Source: Candidatus Latescibacterota bacterium
Lineage (GTDB): Bacteria > Latescibacterota > UBA2968 > GCA-2709665
DNA: 64,000 nt
Direction of reading: 5' to 3'
Assembly: GCA_965226795.1 (NCBI GenBank)
Contig: CBDDDZ010000002.1
Span: 320,001-384,000, forward strand
The notes under the pieces are model-generated. The model searched no databases, was not told the origin of the DNA, and saw only the letters and a program-made list of their open reading frames with translations. The translations under genes were made by a program, and so were the position numbers. Shown piece by piece: positions 39,574 to 48,997 of the stretch. How positions within the stretch are numbered: position 1 is the first letter of the stretch; every line of letters starts with the position of its first letter.

Positions 39574-39834
39574 TCACTTGCCGCGTATGGCCCTCACGCG
39601 TATTTCACGGTCTTTGATTTTGTAGATGACGCGACACCCGGCGTCTAGCCGGGACTGTCGGCGTCCCTTCTTATTCCCCGGCTGCGACTCGTCACGAAAC
39701 CCTTCGATGAACCTGAGGCCCCCCGGACCGGAGAGGGTAACGATATCTTTCCACGTCTCGTAACGCACGAGTATTTCCCGGGGAATGGATTCGATCTGCT
39801 TTTCCACCCTTCGATGTTCGAGAACGGTCCACAT
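39574..39834 (-). CDS. RelE/HigB-like mRNA interferase, possibly degenerate
   Basis: YETWKDIV..SGP.GLR.I.GF.DE...G.RQSRL...RVIY pattern; toxin-first pair. Confidence 0.75.
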   Translation of the reverse strand: MWTVLEHRRVEKQIESIPREILVRYETWKDIVTLSGPGGLRFIEGFRDESQPGNKKGRRQSRLDAGCRVIYKIKDREIRVRAIRGK

Positions 39835-39900
39835 AGTATATAGTATATAGTATATAAATAATATGTAAATGAAATTCGTTCCATCCGAAGCGGTCGCGTC

Positions 39901-39996
39901 TAGTGTTCTGTCCCGGAAATAGGTTGCCTGAATTCGGCCGACGAGACGGGATGAATCGGTGGGAGAATGGTGAGATATTTTTGGGACAGGACACTA
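39901..39996. mobile_element. 96-bp MITE with 21-bp imperfect terminal inverted repeats
   Basis: TAGTGTTCTGTCCCGGAAATA ... TATTTTTGGGACAGGACACTA. Confidence 0.75.
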
Positions 39997-40181
39997 ACCG
40001 TCATCGAAGCGAAAACGTCGGAAGGCATCACACTTCGAAGCCGCATCCGATTGGCGAAAATGCCAAGAGCGGGTCTTTCCGGATGCGGCCGTTCATCGGG
40101 ACGGGTCGTAAACGGACAGGTTTGGCCCCTTTTCTGTTGACAAAAGTGGATGGTACCGTGCATGTTTATTGTTGGTTCAGC

Positions 40182-40241
40182 TTGTGTTCTGTCCCGGAAA
40201 TAGATTGTCGAATGGTGACATATTTCTGGGACGGGACACTG
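40182..40241. mobile_element. Internally deleted 60-bp copy of the same MITE
   Basis: TTGTGTTCTGTCCCGGAAATAG..AATGGTGACATATTTCTGGGACGGGACACTG. Confidence 0.72.
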
Positions 40242-40376
40242 GAGGGGCCGGAGGACGGTTGAGGAGGCAGGGTTGAAGGAACGCGGATGTGTATGTGATT
40301 TGGGAGAAGCCGCCGGTTGCGGGGGTCGCGCCGCCCGCGCGAATCAGGAAAGTCGGTTATCAGCGCTGAGGTCCGA

Positions 40377-41348
40377 ATGGGCGATATTCTCAGGGTGGAG
40401 CATCTCGAGGCCGAGCCCGGGCAGCGGCGGGACGGGTATCTTACGGTAGGAGAGATGCAGGACAATTCTCCTGTGCGCCTTCCCGTTGTGCTGGTGAACG
40501 GGGCGGAACCTGGGCGTACGCTGTATCTGCAGGCAACCAGCGACGGAGACGAACTGAATGGTATCGCCGTGATCAGGCAGGTGCTGAAGCGGCTGGATCC
40601 GGCGGTCCTGAAGGGCAGGGTGATTGCAACCCTGATTGTGAACTTTCATGCCTTTCACGCGGGCGAGTCGCTGAATCCCGTAGACGGGAAGAAGATGAAC
40701 CGGTGCTTTCCCGGTCGCAAAGAGGGCACGTCAAGCGAGCGGGTGGCCTATCGACTGTTCCATCGCGCAGTGAAACAGTCGAACTTTTGTATCGATCTGC
40801 ATCAGGGCGGCGTTCGGCCCATGATCGACGAGGTCCGGGTACGGGTGGACCGGCGAAAGCGCATCCACCGAGCTTGTATGGAGATGGCCCGCGTGTTTGG
40901 CATCGGGTACATTCTGGACTGCCGGGGACCGGAAGGACAACTGGCGCGCGCGGCGCCCGATGAAGGAATTCCCACCATCGATCCGGAACTGGGAGGATGC
41001 CACGGATGGGATGAAGGCAGTATACGGAAGGGCGTGGTGGGCGTGGAAAATATCTTGAAGCACTACGGGTTTATCGAGGGCCGGGCGCAAACTCCCCGGC
41101 GTCAGACCGTAGTGGACGGCTTCCTGTCCATCCTCGCCGCCCGGGGCGGCTTCGTGGAGTATCGGGCCGCGCTGTACGATCATCTGCAAAAGGGCGATCC
41201 CGTGGCCGACGTGACCGATCCGTTCGGCAGGGTGCTCGAAACGGTTCATGCGCCCCAGGAGTCCATTTTCTGGGCGCGGTCGTTGCGGCCGATGGTGGCT
41301 ACCGGGGAGGCGGTGGCGATGGTCGGAAAGAATATACGGTACGTGTAA
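40377..41348 (+). CDS. Succinylglutamate desuccinylase/aspartoacylase family protein
   Basis: SDGDELNG, MNRCFPG, IDLHQG, ELGG, C-terminal biotinyl-like domain. Confidence 0.9.
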   Translation: MGDILRVEHLEAEPGQRRDGYLTVGEMQDNSPVRLPVVLVNGAEPGRTLYLQATSDGDELNGIAVIRQVLKRLDPAVLKGRVIATLIVNFHAFHAGESLNPVDGKKMNRCFPGRKEGTSSERVAYRLFHRAVKQSNFCIDLHQGGVRPMIDEVRVRVDRRKRIHRACMEMARVFGIGYILDCRGPEGQLARAAPDEGIPTIDPELGGCHGWDEGSIRKGVVGVENILKHYGFIEGRAQTPRRQTVVDGFLSILAARGGFVEYRAALYDHLQKGDPVADVTDPFGRVLETVHAPQESIFWARSLRPMVATGEAVAMVGKNIRYV

Positions 41349-41372
41349 TCGGGAACGGGTACCGCAGGGTGG

Positions 41373-41636
41373 TTATTCCTGCGTGGATCTGACCGCGTCG
41401 ATGCGTTCTCGCACAAGGGGCCGGATGTATACAAAGTCGAGAGGAATCCGGGCGAACCCCCGGGCGAAGATCTCTATGTGTGTGCGGACGTCAGGGCTGC
41501 GGTTGAGGATAAATCTTTGCTTGCCCCGCACCGCGCACAGGCCGCCTTCGCCGCCCTCGAGATTCGCGTAGGTGACGGGAATGTCCAGGCGTTCGGCGAG
41601 GGTTTCGAATTCCTGGAGGAGTTGCGTATCGGTCAT
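41373..41636 (-). CDS. Small hypothetical protein, 87 aa
   Basis: MTDTQLLQEFETLAERLDIPV..GGLCAVRG..YIRPLVRE; globular, protein-like. Confidence 0.7.
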   Translation of the reverse strand: MTDTQLLQEFETLAERLDIPVTYANLEGGEGGLCAVRGKQRFILNRSPDVRTHIEIFARGFARIPLDFVYIRPLVRERIDAVRSTQE

Positions 41637-41773
41637 AGCGGGTCGGGTTCGGATTTGAAGAAATGCCTTGAAGCCGGGTCTCGCGGAATATAACCATCCC
41701 GGTGCGAATTTACAACGGTACTTATTGAGCTTGGCGGGCGTTTTCGGAACGCCGCCCCGGAAAGGATCCGCAA

Positions 41774-43072
41774 ATGGACGTGGAGCGAATGGAAAGCGAC
41801 TACCGTGGCGTCTGGTACTGTTGCGGAACCGCGAACGTGCTCCCCGGTAATAACCATGTCTATTCAGGACCGATGGCCACGTATTCGGCCTGGCATCGAC
41901 CGATGGCCGTGTACGCGCCGGCGGTAAACACGACGTACTTCGTTTTCGGCAACGAGCGGAATGCGCCGGCGATCGGCAGCTACGATCACGCCGCGCGCGC
42001 GTACTCCAGGCCCACCATTCTCGGTGCGAACCCTGACGGAGACGCCCACCGGAATCCAACTTTGTTGCTGGACGATACCGGCCGCCTCTGCGTTTTCTAC
42101 GGCGCGCACAACCACCCGACGAGGGTGCTCCGTTCGATCAGGCCCTACGCCATCGACAGTTGGCGGGAGTGTGCCACTATCGTGGATCCCGGAACCTCCT
42201 ATCCCCAGCCGTTCCAACTCCTGCCCGGCGAGATATTCGTGTCCTACCGCGAGAGCTCCAGCGGGTGGCGATCGCGCGTATCGAGGAACCACGGCGAAAC
42301 GTGGGAGGATCCGGTCGAAATCGTCGAGTTCCAGGGCTGCGCGATCTACGCCATGTCCATCGCGGAGACGGGCGACTATCCTCGAAGCGTCCATCTGGCC
42401 TGGTCGCGGCTCGGCGGCGGAACCGACGAGGAGATCCGAACGAAGCACCTCTGGGCGAGGCGCTATAACATCTACTATGCCTGTTCCGACGATGGCGGAA
42501 GGACCTGGCGGCGCAGTGACGGCACCCTGTACGACCTGCCGGTGAAGGAGGCGGCAGCAGAGAAGCTTTACGACTGCGGCGAACGGGGCGTGTGGCTGAA
42601 GGATATCCAATTGGGTCCGGACGGCCGGCCCTTCATCCTGTTTATCGACGCGGATCCGTTCACCTACGTAAGTCATTGGAAATGCGGTCGCTTTTCCGAC
42701 GACGGGTGGCGGTTCAGTGATATCGCCGTTGGAGATCACATGTACGACGACGGCGGGATGGTGATCGAAGACCGATCGGTAACTGTCTACGCGCCGACCA
42801 CGGCGTCTCAGCCGCGGGAGGACGGCGGGGAGATCGACGTGTGGCGGTCCGCCGACGGGGACGGGCCCTGGCAACGTGGCGAGCAGCTCACCGCGGGATC
42901 GGATCTGTCGCACAACAACGTGAAGGTCGTATTCAATCACCAGGCGGGGCCAGGAGACATGCAGGTATTCTGGACCTACGGCGACAGCCTGTCCCCACCC
43001 TCGACAAGGGAGTCGAGGCTGTTCGCTTATGGACGGAAGATGGATGGGGCCAGGTTAATTCGGTCGGGTTGA
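41774..43072 (+). CDS. BNR-repeat (BNR_4-like) propeller protein
   Basis: DAHRNP, SYPQ, and Asp-boxes SRNHGETW and SDDGGRTW. Confidence 0.82.
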   Translation: MDVERMESDYRGVWYCCGTANVLPGNNHVYSGPMATYSAWHRPMAVYAPAVNTTYFVFGNERNAPAIGSYDHAARAYSRPTILGANPDGDAHRNPTLLLDDTGRLCVFYGAHNHPTRVLRSIRPYAIDSWRECATIVDPGTSYPQPFQLLPGEIFVSYRESSSGWRSRVSRNHGETWEDPVEIVEFQGCAIYAMSIAETGDYPRSVHLAWSRLGGGTDEEIRTKHLWARRYNIYYACSDDGGRTWRRSDGTLYDLPVKEAAAEKLYDCGERGVWLKDIQLGPDGRPFILFIDADPFTYVSHWKCGRFSDDGWRFSDIAVGDHMYDDGGMVIEDRSVTVYAPTTASQPREDGGEIDVWRSADGDGPWQRGEQLTAGSDLSHNNVKVVFNHQAGPGDMQVFWTYGDSLSPPSTRESRLFAYGRKMDGARLIRSG

Positions 43073-43111
43073 ACGGCAGTAACGGAACGATCGATCGCCC
43101 GCGCGCGAGGT

Positions 43112-43702
43112 TTGGTTTGTGAGGCGTCGCGTGTTGCGTTTGTCGATCTGAAATTTGGAGGAACGGAGGAGCAGATCATCGCGAGGGGTACAGACTGGTG
43201 CACCGACGTGGCGCGAGTGGGGTGCGCGCTGTATCAGGTTGTCGGCTTCCCCTGCCGCATCGTGAATATCTTCAATCTCGATGCAGCCTACAGCGGCCAT
43301 GTAATCGTCGAAGTCTATCGACTCGGAACCTGGGGTGCTGTCGACACGAGTTCCGGGGTCGTCTATCGGAGAGACGATGGCCTGCCGGCAACGACCTGGG
43401 ACCTGATGAACGCCGCCGAATTGGTAGCCCGGCACGAGGGTCCCAAAGCCTGGTATACACAACCGTCTCAGTTCACGGCAGCCGGGGTCGCCAACTACCG
43501 CGTGCAGGATTCGGATTTGTATGACTATACCGTAACCGGATTGAACGAATTCACCCGTGCGATCCTGGCCATGTCCGAACAGGGCTGGCCCGGCGGCGTT
43601 CGATGCCTACCGTTTGTCGGGTTGGACCGTGCCGGCTTTTCTTCTATTCGAGCGATCGTGATGAACCTCCTCACGTTCATGTCGAGAGTGAAAATAAAGT
43701 AG
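43112..43702 (+). pseudogene. Transglutaminase-like domain protein, probably truncated at both ends
   Basis: WCTDVAR..GFPCR..GHVIVEVY...WGAVD gives a Cys-His-Asp triad; no good start; 3' end runs into the DUF4160 gene. Confidence 0.65.
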
Positions 43703-43839
43703 CCAAGTTCTGGCTTCAGCCAGTTCGGCTTCAAGGCAGCGGAGGGTTTAGTCGAGCTGAAATCAAAAGGATTCAGAAAGCGGTAACAGACAACAAGAAA
43801 CTTTTGCTGCGAGGGTGGGATGGATTCTTTACAGACTGA
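43603..43839 (+). CDS. DUF4160 domain protein (putative toxin)
   Basis: RLFFYSSDRDEPPHVHV..AKFWL. Confidence 0.88.
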   Translation: MPTVCRVGPCRLFFYSSDRDEPPHVHVESENKVAKFWLQPVRLQGSGGFSRAEIKRIQKAVTDNKKLLLRGWDGFFTD

Positions 43840-44134
43840 ACGCATAGTTGCCAAAGCCGAGGATATTGTTGTGACAGACGATACTTTGACTGTCGATTTT
43901 GCCGACGGGCGCAGTATATCGGTACCATTGGCGTGGTATCCCCGGCTTGTTCACGGAACGCCGAGAGAACGAAACAACTGGAGAATAATAGGAAACGGAG
44001 AAGGGTTTCATTGGCCGGATTTGGACGAGGACCTTAGTGTGGAAGGGCTGCTTCTTGGCAGGCCATCCGGTGAAAGTCAGCGATCCTTTCAGCGATGGCT
44101 GGACGAGCGTGCGAAACGTCTCGAAAAACTGTGA
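43820..44134 (+). CDS. DUF2442 domain protein (putative antitoxin)
   Basis: DGRSISVPLAWYPRL..GFHWPDLDEDLSVEGLL. Confidence 0.9.
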   Translation: MDSLQTERIVAKAEDIVVTDDTLTVDFADGRSISVPLAWYPRLVHGTPRERNNWRIIGNGEGFHWPDLDEDLSVEGLLLGRPSGESQRSFQRWLDERAKRLEKL

Positions 44135-44396
44135 GTTCTCAGGCGACATAATCCTGTAAATGAAATCATCCAGAGGTAGACTCCTGATTTGACGGATCTA
44201 TTTTTGATGCGGAGGCACTTCCATCAATGGCAATTCCGCACCATTCCCCCCAGTGCGGAAGGCCGCGGAATAATGTACTGCATTTTTCTCAATATCGACT
44301 CCTATCCTCAGACAATGCCTACACCCTTTCAGTCCTCCTGAATGAAAAACCCGAGCCTTCCGCGCTGCCTTATATTCGATCTATCCGAAGTATTCA

Positions 44397-46192
44397 GTGC
44401 GCCGTGAAAAGGCGCGGAACTCCAGTGGGTGAAAGTCCCACCCGACAAATGTTGCTGCAGTCGGTAGCAATCGGAGCGGGGACGTAGGTAACGACATCTC
44501 CGAAGCCTCCGGTGTAGAGGGTCGCAAGGCGACTCGGCGAGTATGCAGGCCGTAACGTGAGTGAACGCTGAGCAGGCCTCGAAAACGGTAATGCGGGAGC
44601 CGACCCGCCTGAATTACGGGGAAGGCCGCCGTCGTTGGGTAAGAAAGCAACGGGTGCACCCAACGGTCCCGCCGGGGTAATGGCGACGGCATGTATACAA
44701 GGAGATCCGACGCAACACGGGAAGCCCCAACGGTGGTGGAGGGACACCAACCGGCAGCCCGCGAGGGACAGGCCGGGCGGTTTGGGGTGGCGGAGAGGCC
44801 CGTAGTACCTGCGATGCCGGGTAACGCCGGCGGAGGGAAGGGGCCTTGGTTCAAGGGCAACGTCAAAGGAGCGAGAGCCGGGAGAGTGGCATGGGCCTAA
44901 GACCTCCGGAAAAGGTTTGGAAGCTGCAGAGGACGTTGCATGCCAAAGCGAAGGAATCGCCCGATTACCGATTCTATGCGCTGTATGACAAGGTGTATCG
45001 CGAGGACATCCTGCTTTATGCCTACCGCAGCTGCAAGGCCAACGGCGGTGCGGCGGGCGTGGACGGACAGACCTTTGAGGATATCGAGTCATACGGACGG
45101 GACCAGTGGTTAGGCGAACTGGCGGAAGCCGTGAGGAGCAAATCGTATCGAGCGGATCCGATTCGTCGGGTCTACATCCCCAAGGGTGACGGCAAGCAAA
45201 GACCGCTGGGGATACCGACGGTGAAGGACCGGGTGGTGCAAAGGGCAGCGATGTTGGCAATGGAGCCAATCTTTGAAGCGGACCTGCCAGCACAGCAGTA
45301 TGCCTACCGCCCGAATCGGAGCGCGCACGACGCCACCAGGGCGGTCCACGCCCTGGTGAACAGGGGCCATACGCAGGTCATCGACGCCGACTTGAGCGGC
45401 TACTTCGACACGATCCCTCACGCCGAGCTGATGAAATCGGTGGCGCGGCGCATCTCAGACGGGAAGATGCTGAGTCTGATCCTGACCGCCCCGGTTGAAG
45501 AGACCGACGCGCGGGGACGGAAACGGCGAACAACGCCGAACAAGGATCAGGGAAGGGGGATACCACAAGGCGCCCCCCTCTCCCCGTTGCTGGCGAACCT
45601 GTATATGCGGCGGTTCATCCTGGGATGGCAGCTTCTGGGACATCAGCAGCGCCTGAACGCTCATATTGTCAACTACGCGGACGATTTTGTGATTTGCTGT
45701 CGCGGCACCGCACAAGAAGCGATGCGCGGATGCGATCCATCATGAAAGCGCTTAAGTTGTATGCACGCTTGAAGGACATTTGACTTCTCTGGGCTACAAT
45801 CGGTCGCTGTTATCAAAGACGGGAGGCCTATATCGGCACGCGCCCGTCCTATCTGTCGGGCCATCAGCGAGGCCACAATGCCTGAACCGAAACATTTCCC
45901 TTTCGGAGTGTGGATGCCCACACCCGGTCGGCTCCGCTGGTGGTTGTGTAACAAGCACAAGATACCGGGAAAGGGAAATCACGCTTCCCTGACGAGGTCC
46001 TCTACGATACCCTGGGCCTGACCCGGCTGGAAGTGCAGACACGCAACTTTCCGTGGGCGAACGCATGAATCCTTGTCCGAGAGCCGGATGCGATCCGCAA
46101 GTCCGGTTCGATGAGCGGGATTGGAAACAGAGCACGGAGAGGCTATTCGCCAGGAAAGGGGCGGAAACAGATAGGCCCCTCCTAAACCACCG
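44397..46192 (+). mobile_element. Degenerate group II intron
   Basis: 5' GTGCG at 44397; structured RNA to about 44880; RT ORF; domain V GAGCCGGATGCG..CGCAAGTCCGGTTC at 46081 lacking its GNRA loop; 3' splice end missing. Confidence 0.92.
44891..46068 (+). pseudogene. ltrA: Group II intron reverse transcriptase/maturase, frameshifted; no endonuclease domain
   Basis: AAGVDG, RPLGIPTVKDRVVQ, DLSGYFDTI, GIPQGAPLSPLLANLY, YADDFV; stop at 45745, then fragments RWWLCNKHK and FPWANA in other frames. Confidence 0.92.
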
Positions 46193-46744
46193 CTCCCCGG
46201 GGTCGAAAAGCGTGTATCCCGGAGGCTATCTTTGCCCGAGGATGGCCTATTGGAGTGTTTCGCGGGAGATCCGCTGATTCGGGTCCTTGAGGGACGAATT
46301 TCAGAGGATTCCTATCTGGGCGGAATTCTGGAGCGAACTGGGTGGAACCTGGATCTGGTGTCGCTCAAACGAATGCTCAGGGATAACTTCCACGTCCGGA
46401 TCGAGGGTTCGCTCGACATTTTGCGCGAGGTCGCCAGGAGCCATCGTGTTGTCATGCTATCGGACCACGTTCGGGAGTGGATGTCGTACATCGGTTCAAT
46501 CCATTCTTTTCTCGATGTATTCGACGATCGGTTCTACTCCTACGAATTGGGAAAGACCAAGTCCGATCCGACGGTTTTCCTGGATGTCCTCGATGAACTC
46601 GGCTTCGCACCAGGGGAGTGTCTCTTTATCGACGATCGAATCCAGAACGTGAGGAACGTGGAATCGGTCGGCCTGCCGTGCTTCGATTTTCGCGACGCCG
46701 GACAGTTGAGGATCGACCTGGAGAGAAGACAGATCCTGCCCTGA
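46193..46744 (+). pseudogene. HAD-IA family phosphatase lacking its N-terminal motif I
   Basis: LSDH, KSDP, LFIDDRIQNV; frame begins at the broken intron end. Confidence 0.75.
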
Positions 46745-46868
46745 TGTCGCGAAATACGAAAACGGTCGGCAGATTCTGTCGGGTACGACGCAATGCGACT
46801 TTACCGGCGGCCCCCCAGGATACCCGCAAACCAGCAGACGTCCGGCTCCAAATTGCAAAGGCTATACG

Positions 46869-47750
46869 GTGATCGAGATATTGTCTCACGACTGTGCCGG
46901 TGAGTTGATTTCCCATTCCGCCGCTTACCTGGAAACGCGCGAGAGTGAGCATAGCCTGCCGCTCGGCCTGATGTACGGGCTTGCAAGGAATCCGCACGGC
47001 GACGGTGCCGAACCCCCTTTATTGTTGAGCGTCCAGGATAAGGGTCGGGCGGTTGGCGTGGCTATCATGACGAAGGGAAGAAAGCTCATCCTGAGCAGAG
47101 TCGATGCGAGAATTAGGGACGTGGTGGTTCCTTTGATTCGCCATTTGCGGGAAAACGAGGTCTCAATACCTGGTGTTGTCGGACCGTCGGCGGAAGCCCG
47201 GGCTTTTGCAGATTGTTGGGCCGCGGCCCCGCGAGGCGTAACTTCCAATCTGGCCATGCGGATGCGTGTATTCGAGATCAGAGAGGTCGCCGACGTGCCT
47301 CTTTCTGGCGGGGAATTGCGCCTGGCTGGTATGGGCGATCATTCTCTGATGGCGCAATGGATTGCCGAGTTCTCGGGGGCGATCGGTGAGCCGGCAGATT
47401 TCGAGGCGGCCGCTCGCGGCGCCGAGCGGTTTATTCAGGCTGAACAACTGTACATCTGGGATTGCGGGGGGCCGGTTTCCATTGCGAAGACGTCCAGTGC
47501 GACCCCAAATGGTATAACGGTCAATACAGTGTACACGCCTGCGGAGTATCGCAACAGGGGATACGCGACTTCGTGCGTCTGGTCGCTGACGAAAAAGCTC
47601 CTCTCGGACCGCTATTCATTTTGCAGTCTATATACCGACCTATTGAATCCGACGTCGAACGACATCTATTCGAAAATCGGCTATTCGCCTGTGGGGGATG
47701 CGTTGGCATTTGAATTCACGTATTCCGGGGTCCCGGACGTTTTGACTTGA
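46869..47750 (+). CDS. GNAT family N-acetyltransferase (FR47-like C-domain)
   Basis: VYTPAEYRNRGYA, LYTDLLNPTSNDIYSKIGY. Confidence 0.9.
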   Translation: MIEILSHDCAGELISHSAAYLETRESEHSLPLGLMYGLARNPHGDGAEPPLLLSVQDKGRAVGVAIMTKGRKLILSRVDARIRDVVVPLIRHLRENEVSIPGVVGPSAEARAFADCWAAAPRGVTSNLAMRMRVFEIREVADVPLSGGELRLAGMGDHSLMAQWIAEFSGAIGEPADFEAAARGAERFIQAEQLYIWDCGGPVSIAKTSSATPNGITVNTVYTPAEYRNRGYATSCVWSLTKKLLSDRYSFCSLYTDLLNPTSNDIYSKIGYSPVGDALAFEFTYSGVPDVLT

Positions 47751-47822
47751 GGGGTCGATGTCGCTCGGACACGCCCGGTGAGTGACGGAGTACGGATGTT
47801 TCTCACGAGAATGGAGTCTGGT

Positions 47823-48977
47823 ATGAAGTACGATCTGCTCATCAAGGGAGGGACGCTGGTCGATCCCGCGGAAAACCTGAGTGGCGCGCGGGATGTGGGG
47901 TTCGGGGCGGGGAGGGTTGTTGCTGTCGGTGAGTGTCTCGAAAGGGAAGACGCCCGCGAGGTGATCGACGCGACGGGTTGCGTGGTGACGCCGGGCCTGA
48001 TCGATCTTCACGTCCATGTGTTTGCCGGCGTCAGTCATTTCGGCGTTGAACCCGATCCTACGTGTCTGGCTCGAGGAGCAACGACCGTGGTCGATGCCGG
48101 ATCTGCGGGCGCCGATATTTTTCCGGGTTTCCGGAAATACGTGATCGATGTGAGTGAGACGCGAATTCTGGCGCAGATGAATATCTCGTCGCAGGGTATG
48201 CTCACAGCTGAGATCGGCGAGTTCGAGATTCCCGAGTACGCGGATGTGGATAAGGCATGCCGCATGATTGAGCGGCACCGCGACGTCGTTCTGGGTGTGA
48301 AGGTTCGGCTTACGAGGAATACAATTGTCAGCGAGCGGTCCGGAATGCTTCCTCTCTACAGGGCGAGAGAGGCAGCAGACGCGGCCGGATTGCCCATTAT
48401 GGTACACCCGCAGGATGCGTGGTGCGATTCGATTGACGATATTCTGAGGGTGATGAAAGGCGGAGATATTTTAACGCATTGTTTCCACGACTATCCGTGC
48501 GGGATTCTCGATGGTGCGGGTCGTGTCCGCGATTCGGTTCTGGCAGCGATTGAACAGGGCATTGTGTTCGACGTGGGACATGGCGCGGGATCGTTTTCGT
48601 GGGAAGTCGTCGAGGCGGCGCTGTCGCAGGATGTCCTGCCAACCACGATTTCATCGGATCTGCACATTTACAATGTAGACGGTCCTGTTTACGATCTCGC
48701 TTCCGTGGTGACGAAATTTCTTCACCTGGGTCTGTCGATGGAGGAGGCGATCTCGCGCGTGACGTCCGTGCCTGCCGAGGTTATTGGAATGAAGGGCGAG
48801 GTGGGGACGCTGGCGAAAGGGGCGTTCGGGGATGCCGTTGTGCTTGAGCTGCGTATAGGAGACTTTCGTCTCGAGGACTCGAGAGGGGAAGTTCGGACGG
48901 GCATGCGCAGTCTGGTACCGGTGACGGTCGTCAAGGGCGGCCGGGTCTATACGTCCCGACGCACAGGTGGAAAGTGA
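47823..48977 (+). CDS. Amidohydrolase/deacetylase family metallohydrolase (dihydroorotase-like)
   Basis: PGLIDLHVH, GVKVR, MVH, LTHCF, FDVGHG.GSF, ISSDLH. Confidence 0.9.
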   Translation: MKYDLLIKGGTLVDPAENLSGARDVGFGAGRVVAVGECLEREDAREVIDATGCVVTPGLIDLHVHVFAGVSHFGVEPDPTCLARGATTVVDAGSAGADIFPGFRKYVIDVSETRILAQMNISSQGMLTAEIGEFEIPEYADVDKACRMIERHRDVVLGVKVRLTRNTIVSERSGMLPLYRAREAADAAGLPIMVHPQDAWCDSIDDILRVMKGGDILTHCFHDYPCGILDGAGRVRDSVLAAIEQGIVFDVGHGAGSFSWEVVEAALSQDVLPTTISSDLHIYNVDGPVYDLASVVTKFLHLGLSMEEAISRVTSVPAEVIGMKGEVGTLAKGAFGDAVVLELRIGDFRLEDSRGEVRTGMRSLVPVTVVKGGRVYTSRRTGGK

Positions 48978-48997
48978 CATGATATTGGGAGACGGAT

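Noticed and set aside
43070..43072. Selenocysteine readthrough at the BNR gene TGA
   Set aside because: No convincing SECIS hairpin or redox motif; in-frame continuity has a one-in-three chance
44846..45745. RT as a DGR, retron or defence RT
   Set aside because: Flanked by a group II intron 5' end and domain V, with intron-type motifs; no TR/VR pair, avd or msr-msd seen
47823..48977. pyrC partner for pyrB
   Set aside because: 12 kb away and of the deacetylase-like amidohydrolase subfamily (FDVGHG.GSF); dihydroorotase activity is not supported
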